Of a stretch of 64,000 bases of DNA, positions 59,159 through 64,000 are shown one piece after another. The stretch comes from Ranitomeya imitator (lineage: Eukaryota). The notes below the pieces were generated by a model. The model did no database searches. It worked only from the letters and a program-made list of their open reading frames with translations, and was not told the origin of the DNA. A program made the translations under genes and the position numbers. How positions within the stretch are numbered: position 1 is the stretch's first letter; each line of letters begins with the position of its first letter. The stretch covers positions 329,344,001 through 329,408,000 of the forward strand of contig NC_091287.1 of the NCBI RefSeq assembly GCF_032444005.1, given 5' to 3'.

Positions 59159-59856
59159 GCCACTCAGTATCTTCAGGGTGCTAATGGGTTAATGATTGCA
59201 GGAATAAAAGATGACCAGCTGGGTGTTTCCAGTGTCTGCCTGGGGCACACAGATTGCCTGCCTGTGTGAGACAAACGTGAGTGAAGAGCTCTGCTCAAGA
59301 TCTGTATGATGTTAGCTGGGTGGGAGAAGCCCCCCCAGTTGTTGAGATAGCAACGTATTTGTTTAGTTAGTGCCGGACAGGCTAGGGTTTATTTTTATGT
59401 TTTGTTTTTTGTGTTGCTTTCACGTTAATAAATCTGACCTGAGGTCAGCCTGCTCAGAAACCTGCTGTACGCCTCAGATTCAATGCACAAACCACGTGTC
59501 CTTTGACCCCAGCAAAGGCGATCCCAGAGTGTTTTGTCACAGTATTCATTTACTGATGATGGTTTTGGTGATGAATACGTCACCAGAACATCCATGACTA
59601 CATGAATACATTACCAGGACCATCATCACTACATGAATAAATCACCCAAAGCATCAGTAGTATATGAATACAGCACTAGAACAACAGTCACTTACGAATT
59701 TGTCACCAGAAGCACTATCTGAACAGGAATACATCACCATAAGTCCAATCAGAACAGGAATACGGCACCAGAACCACTATCAGTTTTGCTGCAGCTGTAT
59801 TTGTTGCATGACAAATGCAAAAACCTTCTGACATATCACTTTATCTATAATGACGT

Positions 59857-60200
59857 ACCCCCTCAGAAGCAGCTTACAAATTTCATTCACAGACCATGAT
59901 GCAGAGCACCCCTAAGAAACAGCATACAAATTTCACCCACAGACAATGGGGCAGAGTGCTCCCTAAGAAGCAGCTTACAAATTTCACCCACAGACCATGG
60001 GGCAGAGTATCCGCTAAGGAGCAGCTTACATATTTCAACCATAAACCATGGGACAAAGTACTCTTAAGAAGCAGCTTACAAACTTCACCCACAGACGATG
60101 GGGCAGGGGAACCCCTAAGAAGAAGCTTACAAATTTCCCGCACAGACAATGGGGCAGAGTACCCACTAACAAGCAGCTTACAAATTTCACCCACAGAGTA
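59857..60200. repeat. ~51-bp tandem repeat, about 7 copies
   Basis: The TTTCAC.C motif recurs at 59881, 59931, 59982, 60033, 60083, 60134 and 60185, with further partial units at ~60395-60460. Possibly subterminal repeats of the adjacent hAT element. Confidence 0.88.
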
Positions 60201-60576
60201 AGCCTCAAAAGCAGCTTAGTAATTTCAGCCAAAGAGCATTGGGCAGAGTACCGTGCAACTCCAAAACGTTTGCTCCAGTAGCATATGTTCCAAATGCCAC
60301 TGATGAAAAGCTTGTAGTATGATATTAGATCGAGTTGGCAGTCGGCTGAGAGGCTTGCTACCTGCAATCCAGTTAAAACTTGCACCCAGAGAGCATGCTT
60401 ACAAATTTCCCTCACAGAAGCTGATAACAAATTTCACACCCAGACAACGGCCCACAGTACCCACATAGCCAGGTTGCAGTGTACATACAGCGGCTTATGT
60501 CAAACTACACCTACAGATATGGGTTCAACAATTCACACAGAGCTTTTTGCCAGAATATTATCACAGACATGGTTGC

Positions 60577-61690
60577 CTAAGAGGAGAAACGCCCTTGGCC
60601 ATGCTTACTCGTCCAAGTGTCCATGGTGAAATGCACCCTGGCAAACATACATTTAATCAAGGAACAGGTGATGTTGTCTGCGACATGCTGGTGTAGCGCA
60701 GGCACAGCTTTCTTAGAAAAATAATGGTGACTGGGAAATTGGTACTGGGGGACTGTGACGGCCATCAGCTTTCAGAAACTGTCTGTATCTACCAAGCGGA
60801 AAGGCAGCATTTCCATGGCCAGCAGATTAGAGATTTTGGCGTTCTATCTCTTAGCTTTGTCATGCATAGAAGGAAACAGTCTTTTATGTGATCACAACTG
60901 CAGTACTGTGGGCTGGCTGCAGTGCTGAGAGAGGTCGGAGTACGTTGTACAGGACAAACTGCTTGACCATGACAGAGATGCAGGTGGAGATGTTGCGGTG
61001 TATTGAGAAAGTTGTGGTGTGCTATTTCTCTGAGATCATTCAAAAACAGCAGGCATGTCCGCTTCCATTACAGCTGATGGTGGGCTCTCAGTCAGCATGA
61101 CCAGAGTGGCTAAAGAACCAAAGATTCTGCAGTCAAAGACCTGCATCTCAATAGTTGGCACGGTAATAGAAGAGGAGGAAGAAGCAGCAGATGTGATTGA
61201 TGGGGTGGTTGATGGTTGTTCAAGTCTGCTGGTCCACATTTTAGCACAGTGGGATTCCCAGAGTAATGCATCTTGAATGCGCAAGTGAAGGTTCATACAT
61301 GTAGTAGTCAAATTATTGCACTTTTTACCTCTCCTCAGTTTTTTTTTTGCAAAGTTGGCAGATTACGTGAGTTGGCTCATCCTTTGCAGTGTTAAAAAAT
61401 GGCCCAAGATGGGAAACCCTTGCCACCTCTGTGAGCTGCAGACCCATCGATGCTGCTATTCACAGCCACATGTGGCTAAGGATGCATTGCTCGTCGTAGC
61501 AGCATCACTATGTGTCTGCAATGTATGGCGAAATGTAACCTCCTCGTCTTCTTCCTCAGATGACCTACTCAGCTGTGTGCCTCTATGTTCATGCCAACTG
61601 GGATCTAACACCTCATCATCATTATCCTCTGTATTATCACATTCCTCACCCTTGGAGTCACCCTCCTCCTCTTCCTGCCCTGACAGCACA
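60577..61690 (-). pseudogene. hAT (ZBED-like) transposase 5' fragment
   Basis: Minus strand: acidic linker, BED-finger-like ICQLCKKKL.RGKK...TTTCMN.H, then YFSKKAVPALHQHV...VHFTMDTWTSKHGQG. Confidence 0.82.
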
Positions 61691-61705
61691 ATACAGCACA
61701 ATACA

Positions 61706-64000
61706 GTCCACGTGAGTCTCATCATGCTGTCTGTAAGATTTGTCAACAAAATCTCAGTAGAGGCCAAAAAATCACTAGCTTGAGTAACTCATACATGAAC
61801 CGTCACATGGATATGAGGCATAAGTTGCAGTGGGAAGCTCACTGTGCTACAATGCGACCTAGTGGGCCGGGTCAACCACCGTCTGCCACATCAAGTGCAT
61901 CCGCATCCTCTTCATCCTCTGTGACTGTGGAGACAGCAGTCGCACATGGTTTTGGATGCAGACCTTCCACCTCTTTACCGGCAACAGCCAGTGTGATTGG
62001 CAGGTCGTCAGGACATTTGCTAGTGGAAACAACTGCTGGTGTTGAGCGCTCTCCGACATCGACACCACATTTTGATCAAGGCAACATAATATCTCCGCCT
62101 GCACCTTCCTCACAGACCAGCAGTTTGCCGGGGACACCCTAGTCAACTCCGTCTAAGCACAGCAGCCAGCCATCAGTCCCTCAGATGTGGACAAGTAAAA
62201 GACCATTTCCTCCTAGCCATGACAAAGCTAAGAGGTTGAATTTCTCCATCAGCAAGCTGTTGGCTACAGAAATGCTGCCTTTCCGCCTGGTGGACACAGA
62301 GGATTTTCGAGACCTTATGTCCGTCGCAATGCCCTAGTACCAGATGCCCAGTCGCCACTACTTCTCAAAGAAAGCTGTGCCTGCGCTACACCAGCATGTC
62401 CCACACAACATCACCGCTTCCTTGAGAAACTCTGTGTGTGACAGGGTGCATTTCACCACAGACACTTGGACGAGTAAACATGGACAGGGGCGTTACATGT
62501 CGGTGACTGGGCACTGGGTAACTACGGTGACATTAGGAGAAGGGGCTGCTGTCCAAGTCTTGCCGTCGCCACGAGTTGCTTGTCGATCCTCTGTATCTAG
62601 AAGTTTCTCCACTGCTTCTGCCTCCTCAACCTCCTCTCGGTTCTCCACCTGCACCCAAAGCCTCTCTGGTAATGCCACCACTTTGTAACTGCGCAGAAGG
62701 AATCCTGCTCACCTCCTCACTATGCTGTCACCAGGGCTCAAAGGCATCAGGCAGTGTTTACATTGAAATGTCTGGGAAATGTGAGTCACACAGAAGGAGT
62801 TGTGGTCAGCTCTGGAGACCGAGTTCCATCAATGGTTGTCTCCACTCAACATGCAGCCAGGGAAGGCTGTGTGCGACAATGCTGCAAACCTGGGTGTGGC
62901 CCTTCGCCGGGGAAATGTCACACACGTGCCTTGTATGGCTCACGTTTTGAACCTGGTTGTCCAGCAATTTTTATCCCACTATCCCGGACTAGATGGGCTT
63001 TTGCAGAGGGCACGGCCGCTGTGTGCTCACTTCTGCCATTCGCATCCCGCAGCTCGACGACTTGCATCTCTACAGAAGTCGTTGGGCCTGCCAGTTCACC
63101 GGCTGAAATGCGATGTGCCCACACTGTGGAATTCAACTCTGTACATGTTGCAGCGACTGTGGCAGCACCAACGAGCCCTGGTGCAATATGATATGACGTA
63201 TAGCCTGGGCCAACGAGATCAAGAGGTGGGGCAAATCACGCTGCAGGAGTGGTCTCAGATCAGGGACCTATGCACCCTTCTGCACAGTTTTGAAATAGCG
63301 ATGAAGATGTCTAGTGCTGACGATGCCATTATCAGCATGACCATTCCGGTGATTTACATGCTGGAGCACACCTTACACAGTGTTCGGAGTCAGGTGGTGG
63401 AACAAGAGGAGGAGGAGGAGGAACAGGAGGAGTCGTATGCGGAAGGGATCATATCTCCAAGGTCAAGAATGTTGGCAGCACCAAGGAGGCTGGCATTGGA
63501 GGCTGGGGGAGAGGGGTTACCGAGGGCGCATGGTAGCAGCCAAACTGTTGAGGAAGGTGCAGGAGGCGAGGAAGAAGTGGAGGACGAACTGGCGCTGGGC
63601 ATGGAAGACTCATCAGATGAGGGAGACCTTGATCAAATTTCTGTTGTGCGAGGTTGGGGGGGAGAGGGCATATGAAGGAAGCATGATTCTCACCTCGTCA
63701 CCACCAAGACAACAAGGACTTGGTCCTCCTGGATGCACAAGACACATGAGTGCCTTCTTGCTGAACTACCTGCACCATGACCCTCGGATTGTCAGAATCG
63801 AAAGTAATGCCGACTACTGGGTTGCCACACTCTTAGATCCCTGGTGCAAAAGCAAATTTGGTGAAATAATTCCTGCCATAGAAAGGGATTCACGCATGCA
63901 GGAGTATCAGCAGAGACTGTTACAGCATCTAACATCTGCTTTTCCACAAAACACCAGTGGTGCATGTAGTCAATCTGAGTTCTAATTTGCCAACCATGGG
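61706..64000 (+). pseudogene. hAT (ZBED-like) transposase with stops and frameshifts, running off the window
   Basis: CKIC...MNRHM..RH BED finger, HFTTDTWTS, VCDNAAN, CMAH, CDVPTLWNST, WVATLLDP. In-frame TAG at 62140 and 62335, TAA at 62686, and later frameshifts. Confidence 0.9.

Larger units (their letters stand above)
54294..59541 (+). mobile_element. Intact Gmr1-like Ty3/Gypsy LTR retrotransposon (5248 bp)
   Basis: 455-bp LTRs 54294-54748 and 59087-59541 (TG...CA) with a single mismatch (54575 A vs 59368 T); 4-bp TSD GTAT; PBS; PPT; one long ORF. Confidence 0.98.

Noticed and set aside
60300-60345. CTGATGA heptamer as a possible fifth hammerhead
   Set aside because: No helix II or downstream GAAA in the right position.

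Overview
Vertebrate genomic DNA, most likely a frog (inferred from the repeat repertoire: T2/Kolobok-type and Harbinger MITEs, V-SINE, L2, CR1, DIRS, Gmr1-like Gypsy). It consists almost entirely of nested transposable elements, and I cannot support any host protein-coding gene. Two coding sequences are intact: a 340-aa DD34E Tc1 transposase (39869-40891) and the 1455-aa gag-pol of a very young Gmr1-like Gypsy element (54294-59541; SCAN-type gag, integrase before RT, 455-bp LTRs differing at 1 nt). Full-length but disabled elements are a two-gene PIF/Harbinger transposon (15599-20259) and a DIRS1-type tyrosine-recombinase retrotransposon (45524-51521). The DIRS sits inside a solo LTR and itself carries another solo LTR in an apparent ORF1 intron. 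Also present are non-autonomous Helitrons, piggyBac-type elements (one carrying telomeric hexamers), hAT fragments and many MITEs. The most notable signal is four type I hammerhead ribozyme motifs in three unrelated contexts (1434-1479, 4618-4656, and a mirror pair at 30309-30353/30388-30432). The mirror pair is embedded in a 408-bp near-perfect palindrome. All analysis was by eye; no database searches were run.
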